Shown: one piece after another, positions 30,524-40,935 of the stretch
Numbering within the stretch: the stretch's first letter is position 1
Layout of the letters: each line of letters begins with the position of its first letter
Assembly: GCA_963799845.1 (NCBI GenBank)
Contig: CAWCYI010000006.1
Coordinates: 768,001-832,000, forward strand
DNA from: an uncultured Nitrososphaerota archaeon
GTDB taxonomy: Archaea; Thermoproteota; Nitrososphaeria; Nitrososphaerales; CADDZS01
Length of the DNA: 64,000 nucleotides
Direction: 5' to 3'
Position numbers and translations under genes: made by a program
Notes under the pieces: model-generated
What the model was told of the DNA's origin: nothing
What the model saw: only the letters and a program-made list of their open reading frames with translations
Databases searched by the model: none

Positions 30524-31288
30524 ATGCGTCTTGAAGGTCTCAACGCTCTGGTCACAGGAGCTGGACGTGGATTTGGATCGTTGATTGCAAGAGCTCTAGC
30601 CGAAGAGGGAGCAAACGTAGTGGTCGCATACAATACATCCAAAGAAGGTGCGGAAAATTTGAGCGCCGAGATAGAGAAAATGGGACGCAAGTCAATGACA
30701 GCGAAGGTGGACATTACAAATTGGTCGGAGGTAAAATCGATGACTGATAAGGTTTGGAAAGAGTTCGGACCACTGGATCTCTTGGTGAACAACTCGGGAG
30801 ACGTGTCAAGCAAACAGATGTCCTGGAGGCAGATAACCGAGGAAGCTATTGATCAGACGCTGGCTGTCGATATCAAAGGCACGCTTTTCATGCTGCACGA
30901 AGTAGGTTCGAGGATGCTCGATAGGAAGCAGGGCACGATAGTAAACGTTGCTTCGAACGTGATTGTAACTGGTAGTCCCCGGGCTCCTCAATACGCCGCG
31001 TCTAAGTACGGCGTGATTGGATTGACTAAATCCTACGCGCTAGCCTTTGCACCTTGGGTCCGTGTTAACGCGGCGTGTCCCGGTTACATGGATACTGAAG
31101 CTACAACGAGGCGACCAGACTGGACTCCAGAACGGAGAAAGTACATTGTCGATCACACGGCTTTGAAGAGGATTGGCAAACCAGAGCATATAGTGCCGGT
31201 AGTACTGTTTCTGGCGTCCGATGATTCGATCCATATGACCGGGAACATTGTAATATGTGACGGCGGCTTCTCGATGCCTGGAGCCTGA
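30524..31288 (+). CDS. Short-chain dehydrogenase/reductase
   Basis: TGAGRGFG, NN.G, YAASK, VN...PG, DGG; AGGAG precedes ATG 30524. Confidence 0.92.
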   Translation: MRLEGLNALVTGAGRGFGSLIARALAEEGANVVVAYNTSKEGAENLSAEIEKMGRKSMTAKVDITNWSEVKSMTDKVWKEFGPLDLLVNNSGDVSSKQMSWRQITEEAIDQTLAVDIKGTLFMLHEVGSRMLDRKQGTIVNVASNVIVTGSPRAPQYAASKYGVIGLTKSYALAFAPWVRVNAACPGYMDTEATTRRPDWTPERRKYIVDHTALKRIGKPEHIVPVVLFLASDDSIHMTGNIVICDGGFSMPGA

Positions 31289-31364
31289 TTCAGAAACCAT
31301 CGAAACTTTTTCCGCTGCCATACCAGCAGGTAGATAACCTACTTTTTGCGTCTAGGATGGAACA

Positions 31365-31850
31365 ATGAATATGGTTCAAGAAGAATCTAACTTGCCGCCA
31401 GATGGCAGCGGTGAATCTCACATGGAGATCATTGTCGAGCCCTGGAAGAAGCTCGTCATCCACGAACTGCTTGAATACAAATTTGAAGATCTGGCAAAGC
31501 TGGTAGCAACTCAATCTGTACAGCAGGGCGGGACTGCGATTCCAACCATCAGCTGGGCAGAGGGAGTGGCGTTCTTGATCAGCCCATTTCCGGATGAGAG
31601 CGAAGTTATCATTGAAGAGAAGCTGAAGGGAATCATTCATTATAACACGGTGCTATTCGCGCTAAAGCCCGGTTTCGAAGCGGAGATATTCATGAGAGGA
31701 TCTCAGATCAGGATCAATCTTATTGATGTCGGAACAAACGAGATATTCAAACTTCTCGCTGGAACCCTTAAAGACCACGCGAAAATCCCAGCCGTAGTAG
31801 GTAACGCCGCGTCGAAAGTACCACAATCGATGACGGCCGGTCTGCAGTAG
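31365..31850 (+). CDS. Hypothetical archaeal protein (start may be 31422)
   Basis: Well-formed ORF; EP.KK.VIHE, W..GV.F. Confidence 0.6.
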   Translation: MNMVQEESNLPPDGSGESHMEIIVEPWKKLVIHELLEYKFEDLAKLVATQSVQQGGTAIPTISWAEGVAFLISPFPDESEVIIEEKLKGIIHYNTVLFALKPGFEAEIFMRGSQIRINLIDVGTNEIFKLLAGTLKDHAKIPAVVGNAASKVPQSMTAGLQ

Positions 31851-31904
31851 TAAACCTCCAGATTATAAGAAAGGAGAGAAACCACCTCTTTCGGTGGGTC
31901 TCTC

Positions 31905-33642
31905 CTGAAGAATTCTCCCGTAGCTAAGATCCTACTCGAGCTTGCCGACTATACTGAAGTCGAGGACGACCAGCCATACCGTGCAAGAGCTTACAGGCGA
32001 GCTGCCCAAACCGTAGAATCTTATCCTGATCCGATCGAGAATTTGTGGGAAGAGAAGAAGCTACAGGATCTTCCCGGAATCGGCGAGAACATCGAGAAGA
32101 AGATAGACGAAATCCTGCGAACGGGGAAACTTCAGGCCCTCGAAAAAGCGAAATCTCGCATCCCGGTCGATGTGCCTTCTCTCATAAAGATAGAAGGCGT
32201 CGGTCCGAAAACAGTGAAGCTGCTTTACTCCCAGCTCAAGATAAGGAGCATTGACGACCTGGAGGCTGCGATCAGAGCCGGAAAGCTTCGCGATTTCAAA
32301 GGCCTTGGAGTAAAGTCCGATGAAATCCTGCTTGAGCGGGTGAGCGCGACAAGGCTGCAATCAAACAGGATATTGCTTGCCCAGGCGGTTCCGCTGGCCG
32401 AAAGGGTCGAGAAAACTCTGAAGGAGATTCCAGACGTGAGTCGGATCGCGTTTGCAGGATCATTCCGTCGCATGAAGGAAACCATCGGTGACTTTGACAT
32501 TATTCTTGAGACCGACGAACCTAAGCAAGCCATTGATTTTTTCACCAAGAATGAAGACGAAATCAAAGAGGTCATCTCAGCCGGCGATACGAAGGCGTCC
32601 GTCAAACTACAGAATAACAACTTCCAAGTTGACGTCAGAGTAATCCCTGAAAGATCATGGGGTGCCGCCCTGCTTTACTTCACAGGCTCGAAGACTCACA
32701 ACATCGAGCTCAGAACAATTGCGATAAAGAAGGGGCTTCGTTTGAACGAGTACGGTCTGTTCAAGACTTCGGATGAGACGGTTATGGTAGCCGGAAGAAC
32801 AGAACAGGAGATCTATTCCGTTTTGGGGATGGACTATATTGAACCAGAGCTCAGGGAAAACAGGGGCGAGATCCAGGCTGCGATTTCACACAACCTGCCC
32901 AAGCTCGTAACACTCAAGGAAATTCGAGGCGACCTTCAAATACACACGACTTACAGTGACGGAAGGGAATCGATTGGGGCGATGGCCGACAAGGCGAGAA
33001 GCCTCGGCTACGAGTATATCGCAATTACAGACCACGTTGGTTCTCTCAAAATTGCCAACGCGATGGATGAAGCTGAGAATAAATGAGCAGAAGAAGGAAA
33101 TCGATAAGCTGAACGATTCGTTCGAAAAATCTGGAGACAACTTTCACATCTTTCAAGGAGCCGAAGTCAACATAAAATCTGATGGCAAACTCGACATGCC
33201 TGATTCAGTCCTGAAGCAGATTGAACTAGTACTCGCATCAATTCACGGTGGATTCACTGACAATTCTGAAAAAATCACAATGCGGCTGGTCTCGGCAATG
33301 GAAAATGAAAACGTCGATATTATCGCTCACCCAACGGGACGACTGATCTTCGAACGGAGCGGCTACACATTCGACTTGCGAAAGATCATCGATACAGCCA
33401 AAAACACCGAGACCATTTTGGAAATCGACGCGCACGCCAATCGGCTCGACCTAAATGATGAGAACGCGAGGGAAGCAGTGAAGGCCGGCGTTTTGATGAG
33501 CGTTGACACCGATTCCCACGAATCGTCAGAAATGGACTATATGGCGCTAGGAATTGGACAGGCGAGGAGAGCCTGGGCAAAGAAGGAAGATATTCTCAAC
33601 ACCTCCAGTAGAGACGAGATTGAGAAGTATCTTCAGATCTGA
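31905..33642 (+). CDS. polX: DNA polymerase X with PHP domain; probable CTG start, frameshift at about 33075
   Basis: KN..VA, RAYRRAA, PGIG, GSFRR.KET.GD.D, YFTGSK.HN, LNEYG, ITDH, AHPTGR, DTDSH. Confidence 0.9.
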
Positions 33643-33644
33643 CG

Positions 33645-34124
33645 CTAGTGCATATCTCGAGTTCTTCTAAACTCCACCTTCATGCACCGGTCATACACGA
33701 TCTTAATCCCGACTGCAGCAATTTTCTCTTCTGCTTCCGGGTTATGGATTCCGAGCTGCTCCCAGAACACTTTGGGTTTTTTTTCTATTACATCCTCAAC
33801 GTAGTTAGAAACGTCTTCACTGGGTCTGAATACATCGACAATGTCAACGGAGCCTGGGACGTCTGAAAGCCTCTTGTAGGCCCTCTGCCCCAAGATCTCA
33901 TCAGCGGTCGGATTCACGGGAATCACTTTGAACCCATTCTTGATCAAATATTCAGGAATCTTGTAGGCGTCCTTCTCGGGATTCTTTGACATCCCGATAA
34001 CGGCAACCGTCTTGTTCGTTTTCAAAATGTCCGAAATCTCGTCTTGAGTAGCATTCTGGACCGGCAAATTTTCCACACTTTTCAAGTGCGAGTCCGGGAG
34101 ATTTAATCGTAATGATGAATTCAT
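33645..34124 (-). CDS. CoA-binding (YccU-like) protein
   Basis: AVIG.S.NP.K, PVNP, VDIVDVFR, W.QLG, DRC. Confidence 0.9.
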   Translation of the reverse strand: MNSSLRLNLPDSHLKSVENLPVQNATQDEISDILKTNKTVAVIGMSKNPEKDAYKIPEYLIKNGFKVIPVNPTADEILGQRAYKRLSDVPGSVDIVDVFRPSEDVSNYVEDVIEKKPKVFWEQLGIHNPEAEEKIAAVGIKIVYDRCMKVEFRRTRDMH

Positions 34125-34229
34125 CTGCGTTACCTTTATTTCAGAATTTTTTTAGGTTAATCTTACGTTTCCACCGCTCTAGCAAAGATTAGAAAATAAT
34201 TCCAGCTCCGTTCAATTTGGTGAAGCATT

Positions 34230-34805
34230 ATGAAATACACAGAGAGGATTGTCGGCCCTGATCGAGAAAAAGAGTTCATCGTTCTTTCAAACATGGAAGA
34301 AAAGTACGAGAAAAAAGATGCTTCGTTTTTCAATCAGATCCTGAAGAAGGAACCATCTCTGGTCGTGAGGGTACATGCCGTGACGGTCCTGTCCGAGATC
34401 GGAGACGAGAGTTCCGTTCCGGTACTCGCCGATGTTATGAAGAAAGATCCCAGTCCGCTTATTCGACATGAAGCGGCGTTTTCCCTCGGACAGATGGGAC
34501 TAAAGAGTGCAGTTCCATATCTAATTGACGCTGCTCTAAATGATCCCTCCGAGATTGTAAGGCATGAGTCGGCCGCCGCATTGGGTGCCATCGGGGATGA
34601 AAGAGGGAGGGATGCGCTTGAGAAAGCAAGCAAGGACACCAGCGATGAAGTCCGAGGCTCAGCGATTGCCTCTCTTTTCAATCTGGATTTTGTCAAATAC
34701 TCGAGCTCAAGACAAAAAGTGGATGCCGAAAAATTGGCTGTCGAGATAGAAGAGAAAAGAAAAAGGGCGTCGAAATACCCCAAGAAGAAAATGCCGCATC
34801 CTTGA
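34230..34805 (+). CDS. HEAT-repeat protein with two His-Glu motifs (DOHH half-like)
   Basis: RHEAAFSLGQMG and RHESAAALGAIG repeats. Confidence 0.8.
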   Translation: MKYTERIVGPDREKEFIVLSNMEEKYEKKDASFFNQILKKEPSLVVRVHAVTVLSEIGDESSVPVLADVMKKDPSPLIRHEAAFSLGQMGLKSAVPYLIDAALNDPSEIVRHESAAALGAIGDERGRDALEKASKDTSDEVRGSAIASLFNLDFVKYSSSRQKVDAEKLAVEIEEKRKRASKYPKKKMPHP

Positions 34806-34850
34806 TCGTAAATGGATAATGAAATATAGTGGAGTTCGCCCTAGTAATCT

Positions 34851-34994
34851 ATGGAAAATAGTTCATCGGTTCATCCAGCCGTTTGCAACCGACATAACAT
34901 AAGACTGCGGACTGACGAGCACGGTAAAATGTCCTGTCCAGTTTGTGAACAGATTAGTACCCAGCAGGCTGCTCGGAGAGGCAGACGCCGGTAG
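34851..34994 (+). CDS. 47-aa CxxH-x13-CxxC zinc-finger microprotein with Arg-rich tail (not in ORF track)
   Basis: MENSSSVHPAVCNRHNIRLRTDEHGKMSCPVCEQISTQQAARRGRRR; paralog at 55472; TATA-like AATATAG about 25 nt upstream. Confidence 0.8.
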   Translation: MENSSSVHPAVCNRHNIRLRTDEHGKMSCPVCEQISTQQAARRGRRR

Positions 34995-35065
34995 GTTTTG
35001 CTGAATATCTTCCTCCATAGCCCTTTCGAAATGGAGGATAGACAAGTATTTCGTATCTTATTCGC

Positions 35066-35530
35066 TCAGACCTGTTCGACCATCGAATCAGAGTCTGATT
35101 GTGAATCGCCGGAATCCGATTCTTCCTGTTCTTCAGAACTTTCGTCGCCGGATTCTTCGACAATCTCGCCTCCACCTTCGACCAAGGAGGCGTTTGCAAA
35201 TCTTGCACTAACTCTCTCGATCTTTATCTTGACCTTGGCCTCGGCATCTGCTTTTGCCCCGGGTACGAAAATAACAAATCCAGACACCTTGGCAACGCCC
35301 TCGCCCCTCCGGGAGAGCTCGCCGATCGTAACTGTGTACTCTTTTCCAACTTCCACAGGTGCGTCAGCTGGTGCAAACCGGCTCCCCCCGCTACCGCCGC
35401 CACCTCCGCCGTAAGATGGTCTGTATCCGCCGTAACCGCCGCTTCGTCTGCCGCGTCCATCCCTGCTACCTCCGCTTCCGGAGCTCGTCCGTCGTCCTCG
35501 GTTCTTCCCGCGATTGTCGCTATATCCCAT
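35066..35530 (-). CDS. TRAM-domain RNA-binding protein with Gly/Arg-rich N-terminus and acidic tail
   Basis: PVEVGKEY.V.I...S.RGEGVAKV.GFVIFVPG. Confidence 0.9.
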   Translation of the reverse strand: MGYSDNRGKNRGRRTSSGSGGSRDGRGRRSGGYGGYRPSYGGGGGGSGGSRFAPADAPVEVGKEYTVTIGELSRRGEGVAKVSGFVIFVPGAKADAEAKVKIKIERVSARFANASLVEGGGEIVEESGDESSEEQEESDSGDSQSDSDSMVEQV

Positions 35531-35556
35531 GATACATTCCGTTGCCCTGATAACTT

Positions 35557-37221
35557 CTAGTAGTCCATTCCGCCCATGCCGCCAGGTCCTCCCGGCGGAG
35601 GTCCCGGAGGAGCTTTCATCTTTCCAGAGGCAATCATGTCATCAACACGCAGGATCATCTCGGCGGCTTCCGAGGCGGCCCTAATAATCTGCTCCTTTAC
35701 GGCCGCCGGTTCGATTACATTGTCTCCCCACATGTCTGAGACTTTGCCCGTCCTGACATTGATTCCAAACCACTTTTTGCCCTGACCGTGCTTTGCCCTC
35801 ATGTCAACTTCAGTATCGATTGGGTCCATGCCGGCGTTGTGAGCGAGTGTTTGAGGAATTGACTCGAGCGCGTCTGCAAATTTTGCGACCGCCAGTTGTT
35901 CTCTCCCAGAAAGTTTATTGGACCATTCCCTCAGCTTACCGGCGATCTCCTGCTCTGGAGCTCCCCCACCCGCAACGATGAGTGGTTTTTCCATGACATC
36001 CTTCACGACCATTATTGCATCGTGCATGGATCGCTCGACCTCATCCACGACCCTTTGAGAGCCGCCGCGGATTAGTATGGTAACCGCCTTTGGATTCTTG
36101 GACCCCTCGACGAAGACCCATTTATCCTGCTCCACTTTTCTTTCCTCCACTAGCTGAGCTCGACCAAGGTCCTTTTCAGTCAAATCATCAAGGTTGCTGA
36201 CAATTCTTCCGCCGGTAGCCTTTGCCAACTTTGTCAGATCAGACTCCTTCGCTCTCCTTACTGCCAGGATCTTTTTCTTAGAAAGATAATGCTGTGCGAT
36301 GTCATCTATCCCTTTTTGGCATATGAGGACGTTAGCGCCGGCAGACGCAATCTTGTCAACCATGGCAGAAAGCATCGAATTTTCTTCTTCCAGAAATCTT
36401 TTCATTTGGGATGGATCGTTGATTCTGATCTCAGCGGAGAATTCCGTCTTTTCAATTTCCAAAGGAGAATTCACAAGAGCAATCTTTGCGTCTTCAATTC
36501 TCTTAGGCATCCCGGGATGAACGACTTCCTTGTCTAAAACGATTCCTTTGATCAGCCGTGTATCACTTGTAGATCCCCCAGGTTTTTTCTCGACCTTTAC
36601 ATTATCAATGTCCACTTTGAATTTGCCTTCATCCGTCTTGTCGGCTATTTGGAGCAGGGCAGTTACCACAATCTCGCCAAGCTCAGCGCTGTCATTCGAT
36701 ACAAGCTTTGATTGCATGCTTGTCTCAGCAACTTGTTTGAGGGCAACTTTGTCCCCCGGTTTAACGCTGACTGCAATCTCATTCAGAAATTCGATAGCCT
36801 TGTCCGAGGCCTTGGAGTACCCGTCAACAATAATCGTTGGATGGACTCCCTTGTCGATCAAATCCTCAGCCTGCTCTAAAAGAGCACCAGCAAAGACGAC
36901 TGCAGAAGTAGTGCCATCGCCAACCTCGTTATCGGTAGTTTTCGAAATTTCGATTATCATTTTGGCTGCCGGGTGCTGAACGTCAATCTCTTTTAGAATG
37001 GTCGCGCCGTCGTTGGTTATCGTAACGTCCCCCATGCTGTCAACCAGCATCTTGTCCATACCCCTGGGACCTAAACTGGTCTTTACAATCTCTGCGATCA
37101 ACTTGGCTGCAAAGATGTTGTTTCGCTGGGCGTCATTGCCCTTGGTCTGAGAAGACCCTTCCTTCAGAATGAGAACCTGTTGACCTGTCGAGGTCGTCGC
37201 GGGAATCGCTGTTGCTGACAT
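35557..37221 (-). CDS. Thermosome (group II chaperonin) subunit
   Basis: [25 protein letters not shown] tail. Confidence 0.97.
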   Translation of the reverse strand: MSATAIPATTSTGQQVLILKEGSSQTKGNDAQRNNIFAAKLIAEIVKTSLGPRGMDKMLVDSMGDVTITNDGATILKEIDVQHPAAKMIIEISKTTDNEVGDGTTSAVVFAGALLEQAEDLIDKGVHPTIIVDGYSKASDKAIEFLNEIAVSVKPGDKVALKQVAETSMQSKLVSNDSAELGEIVVTALLQIADKTDEGKFKVDIDNVKVEKKPGGSTSDTRLIKGIVLDKEVVHPGMPKRIEDAKIALVNSPLEIEKTEFSAEIRINDPSQMKRFLEEENSMLSAMVDKIASAGANVLICQKGIDDIAQHYLSKKKILAVRRAKESDLTKLAKATGGRIVSNLDDLTEKDLGRAQLVEERKVEQDKWVFVEGSKNPKAVTILIRGGSQRVVDEVERSMHDAIMVVKDVMEKPLIVAGGGAPEQEIAGKLREWSNKLSGREQLAVAKFADALESIPQTLAHNAGMDPIDTEVDMRAKHGQGKKWFGINVRTGKVSDMWGDNVIEPAAVKEQIIRAASEAAEMILRVDDMIASGKMKAPPGPPPGGPGGMGGMDY

Positions 37222-37408
37222 TTTATTCTATTCTCTGAACTTGACCTTCGGTTGCGCTCATAAGTCTAGCGTTCAGATAGGTTACTGGCTCAACCCGATA
37301 GTATTCTTCGTTCAGCGGGTAATCTCGGCCCCAGGAGGCGAAGACGGATTTAGAGTGTCAAGATGTTGATGCGAGGATTAAATATGCCCCTAGATTATTG
37401 AATTTCAG

Positions 37409-37807
37409 ATGTCCTTCAAGGATGAGGTCAACGATGCTATCATGCATGTGGTTAGTCTAAGACAAATAATCCAGTTGAGCCGGCCCCGTCGCTTAGGAGA
37501 AAAATTCGACGCTGAGAAGGAGAAAAAGAAGGCGGAGACCATTGCCGATTCGAAAAAGAAACTTGAAGATATACCTGCTGAAAAGGTCGAGAATGTCATC
37601 GCGCTTGCCTCACAAAGCACTCCTATAGAAAGTGATGAGATTGTTCACAAGCTGGAGAGGTTGGAATTCCTGCTTGAAGATATGAGCAAAGGCAAAGACA
37701 AAAGGAGCAACTTGTCGTTCTTGATTGAATCTCTCAGAGTAAATACGATCATTTACAGCACGCTGTCCTCGGTAAAGAGTCTTCAGAAAATCATCACCGG
37801 TACCTAA
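37409..37807 (+). CDS. Hypothetical helical protein
   Basis: Fills the gap; TATA-like TTAAATA about 25 nt upstream. Confidence 0.6.
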   Translation: MSFKDEVNDAIMHVVSLRQIIQLSRPRRLGEKFDAEKEKKKAETIADSKKKLEDIPAEKVENVIALASQSTPIESDEIVHKLERLEFLLEDMSKGKDKRSNLSFLIESLRVNTIIYSTLSSVKSLQKIITGT

Positions 37808-37854
37808 CAGTCCGCTGCTCCAATCGCATTCGATGCGGCAGTTTCTACATCAAC

Positions 37855-39090
37855 TTCAACTTCTCCCGCCTGAAGGCAGGGAGATTGTGACTGTCGAAAA
37901 AAGAGGCGCTACAATAGGCTTGTTGAATCGAGCCCTCGAAGCTATGTTTCTTGCAGCGATATAATCTGCCATAGCCTCCAAACCGCAGGAGATACAACGG
38001 AAGATATCTCTTGACGGTCTATTCTTTTTGTCTATGAAGTGGCATTCTGGACATTCTCTTGAAGTGTTTCTGGGGTCCACGATTGCGATAGGAACCCCTT
38101 CGCGTTTTGCTTTGTACTCGAGGAAGAAACGCAGTTCTCCAAATGCCCACTTTGAGTGCCTGTCTCGATGTGAGTGCCTAACTGTTGCCCTCGACCGAAG
38201 GCCCTTCAAGTCTTCGAGGGCTATTCGTCGATTTGTGCCTTTGGCTTTCAAGACCATCCGTTTTGCAATCACGTGGTTCGTATCCCTCTTGAAGCGGCGT
38301 TCCCTGCCTGAAATAATCTTGAGCTTCCTCTGCGCAGATCTATGCGTCGATGTTGCCTTGGCTCTTTGGAGGGAAGCTCTCAGCTTGCTGTATCTTTGCC
38401 TAGTTTGCTCCACCTGTTTTCCTGAAAAGACCTCACCATCGCTATCCGTTGCCAGATTGTGTACGCCCAGATCCACGCCGAGGGTTTCCTTTGCTTGGTA
38501 CTGCGATGCTTCAGGAGCTTCCACGACGGCAATCAGGTAGAATACGCGATTTCGATAAATTAGGTCGGCCTGCCCACGCAATCCAGAGAGTGCCCTTGCC
38601 CTTTGATACTCGCCTACTCTAGTTTTGAGTTTGATTCTCCCGTTCAGGGTCAGCAGGGATACGAAGTCTATTCCCTTCCATGAGAGATTGCGCTGGTCGT
38701 ACTGGATTGCACCGATCATTCTGAAGCGAAGCTGTCTTGACCTGTCTCGTTTGTAGGCCTCGACTGCCTTGCTTATCACTCGGACTGTAAACTGAGCACT
38801 GAGGTGGAAGCATTCACGAATTTCAGGGTAGAGTAGCTTTTGGAGTGCGTACTTGTTTGCGAGTTTTAACTCAAATGCTTTTTCAGCGATGAAATTTGCA
38901 GCCGAGTTGTAGCGCCTCATAGTCTCCAGCAATAGCTCTTTCTCTTGCCTGTTGGTTTCGAGTCTTATCTGGAGAGACTGAAGCACTGACTCCCACGTTC
39001 CCAAAATCAATTATTAAAAGCCTATAGCGTGTTCTATAGCGCAATTCCTCCCCGACCTAAAGTTCGGGGCTTCCGTTGCGCGGTTATTGT
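37855..39090 (-). mobile_element. IS200/IS605 family solo-tnpB element (IS1341-like), ends approximate
   Basis: Subterminal hairpins at 37863-37883 (CTCCCGCC-TGAA-GGCAGGGAG) and 39050-39069 (CCCCGA...TCGGGG); no tnpA. Confidence 0.8.
37856..39010 (-). CDS. tnpB: RNA-guided endonuclease TnpB
   Basis: RuvC motifs GVDLG, ALEDL, ADYIAARNI; zinc finger CPEC...CISCG. Confidence 0.95.
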   Translation of the reverse strand: MILGTWESVLQSLQIRLETNRQEKELLLETMRRYNSAANFIAEKAFELKLANKYALQKLLYPEIRECFHLSAQFTVRVISKAVEAYKRDRSRQLRFRMIGAIQYDQRNLSWKGIDFVSLLTLNGRIKLKTRVGEYQRARALSGLRGQADLIYRNRVFYLIAVVEAPEASQYQAKETLGVDLGVHNLATDSDGEVFSGKQVEQTRQRYSKLRASLQRAKATSTHRSAQRKLKIISGRERRFKRDTNHVIAKRMVLKAKGTNRRIALEDLKGLRSRATVRHSHRDRHSKWAFGELRFFLEYKAKREGVPIAIVDPRNTSRECPECHFIDKKNRPSRDIFRCISCGLEAMADYIAARNIASRARFNKPIVAPLFSTVTISLPSGGRS

Positions 39091-39134
39091 GAAACCATTA
39101 AGCAGATATGGCGGTTTGACGCAAGAGCTCCTGT

Positions 39135-39560
39135 ATGTCAGAAGTTAAGCAAACGAAGGAGGAGTACAATTCACTTCTCGCACGGTTGAGGGCCGCTAGA
39201 CCCGAAGGTATTTCGCGTTCTGAAGATCGTCTAAGGCTTCCTGATCCGAGGACGATGGTCTCCGGGAAGAAGACTTACTGGATCAATTTCATCGATTTTC
39301 CAAATATGCTTAGACGAGATCCGAACGAGTTTCTCAATTACTTCAGGAGCCAGCTTGCAATTAATGCTTCCATTGAAAACGGCAGGGCAATATTCATGGG
39401 TCGGCCGGACAAACACTCTTTCTCCGCTCTCTTGCAGAGGTACTTGAAAGAGCGGGTTATATGTCCGGTATGCAACAGCCCGGATACCCACCTCGAGAAA
39501 GAAAAACAGCTCACGACCATAGTCTGCGAAGCTTGCGGCGCCCGTTCGGCGGCCAAATAA
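39135..39560 (+). CDS. Translation initiation factor aIF-2 beta subunit
   Basis: Y..LL.R, NF......LRRDP, CPVCNSPDT, CEACGA. Confidence 0.92.
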   Translation: MSEVKQTKEEYNSLLARLRAARPEGISRSEDRLRLPDPRTMVSGKKTYWINFIDFPNMLRRDPNEFLNYFRSQLAINASIENGRAIFMGRPDKHSFSALLQRYLKERVICPVCNSPDTHLEKEKQLTTIVCEACGARSAAK

Positions 39561-39604
39561 GACACGTCTAAGCATAGGATTTTATCCTAGTGATCTTGCC
39601 TTAG

Positions 39605-39850
39605 TTGGCCATGGTAGCCAAAGCATTCGTTCTCATAAATGCCGAACTCGGATCCGAGATGGACACTGTTCACTCGATAAAAAGTATTCCGAACGTGATG
39701 GAGGCATATCTGGTTTATGGAACGTATGATATCATCGTGAAGGTGGAAGGAGAATCGCTGGATAAAGTCAAGGATACGATAACTCACAAGTTACGAACGC
39801 TTCCAAATGTGAGATCGACTCTGTCGATGGTAGTCGTAGAGGAACAGTGA
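39605..39850 (+). CDS. Stand-alone Lrp/AsnC ligand-binding (RAM) domain protein
   Basis: AFVLIN...G.E, VYG.YDII.KV, R....VRST. Confidence 0.9.
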   Translation: MAMVAKAFVLINAELGSEMDTVHSIKSIPNVMEAYLVYGTYDIIVKVEGESLDKVKDTITHKLRTLPNVRSTLSMVVVEEQ

Positions 39851-39900
39851 ACACGCATCACAGGGTAGTTTTCTACCTTGTGATTAGATTCTTCGGCACT

Positions 39901-40116
39901 TTAGTTGAAGTACAACGGATTCGAGAGTCTAGAGATTCTCGATCGTGGAGGAGGGACGCCAAGCCTTGCGCTAGTTCTTCTTCTCGCAGCAGTTCCACTG
40001 CATCTCTCTGAGCAGTACTTCCTTCTTCCCACGAGTCCTGACATATTGTCCATGGGTGTACCGCAGAATTCACAGTATTGCTGAACCACTTCTTGTTTTG
40101 TCTTTCTTTGAGGCAT
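39901..40116 (-). CDS. Small basic zinc-finger protein
   Basis: CEFCG...RKYCSERC; ATG at 40116. Confidence 0.6.
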   Translation of the reverse strand: MPQRKTKQEVVQQYCEFCGTPMDNMSGLVGRRKYCSERCSGTAARRRTSARLGVPPPRSRISRLSNPLYFN

Positions 40117-40232
40117 CTTGTAAATGCAGTGAGGGATTATCTTCCGAGCATACATAGGATTGAGGGTACAAACTCGTTAATTGGAAGGTCTATTTTTCTT
40201 GAAAATGGCAAAGCGGCTCCTCTCATGAGAGG

Positions 40233-40628
40233 TTAATTAACCTCCTGGGCTCTTGGCGAGAAAAAGTGCTTGAAGTACCAGAGAAGATAAGAAGCCCACA
40301 GCCACAATACCGTTAGAGTCCCGTAAAGAGCCAGAAAATCGATCGGCGCATAAAGAATGTACCCGACGACCCCGTGGCTGTAGAATTTCAATGGAAGCAG
40401 ATTCGCCTCGTTGAATTGATTTACAACTCGTTGAAGATAGAACGACTGGACCGTGTCGATTCCAGTCAAAAAAGCGGAGATCATTCCCAGAAGGATCATA
40501 TTGTGGCGATTAATCGTTTCCGAAAACCATGCATTCGCAACCGCGACCTTGCCGACTCCTAACTGAGTTTTCAGCATCCTTTTTCCGCCAGGCGCAGAAA
40601 CAACAGCCTCATCGGAGGAATTCGTCAT
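40233..40628 (-). CDS. Hypothetical membrane protein
   Basis: Hydrophobic segments with D.V.S and EAN motifs. Confidence 0.55.
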   Translation of the reverse strand: MTNSSDEAVVSAPGGKRMLKTQLGVGKVAVANAWFSETINRHNMILLGMISAFLTGIDTVQSFYLQRVVNQFNEANLLPLKFYSHGVVGYILYAPIDFLALYGTLTVLWLWASYLLWYFKHFFSPRAQEVN

Positions 40629-40935
40629 GGATCGCTGATACGGAGTACCGCTCCACTTGTTTTTAAGTTTGATATGATGAAGGCCGATGTACTTTCCGGA
40701 TTCCGCGTTGCCCTAAAAGATAGCGAGATCCGATATCTCGACGCATATACTTCCCCTGATCATTGTTTTTTCTTCGGCCGTTAGCGTCGGGCTATATTTT
40801 CACCCGCGGATTACGCATGGCGATAAGGTCAAAGAGTAGGACACCCTTTAACGATCAAAGTCCAGAAGGCTGATTTGCATTGGCAAATCAAAGAGTGGCT
40901 ATCCGAAGACAATCGAAAAAAACGAGAGTGTGAAA

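Noticed and set aside
34863-35045. 60-aa minus-strand ORF from the track
   Set aside because: Overlaps the plus-strand zinc-finger microprotein, which has paralog support
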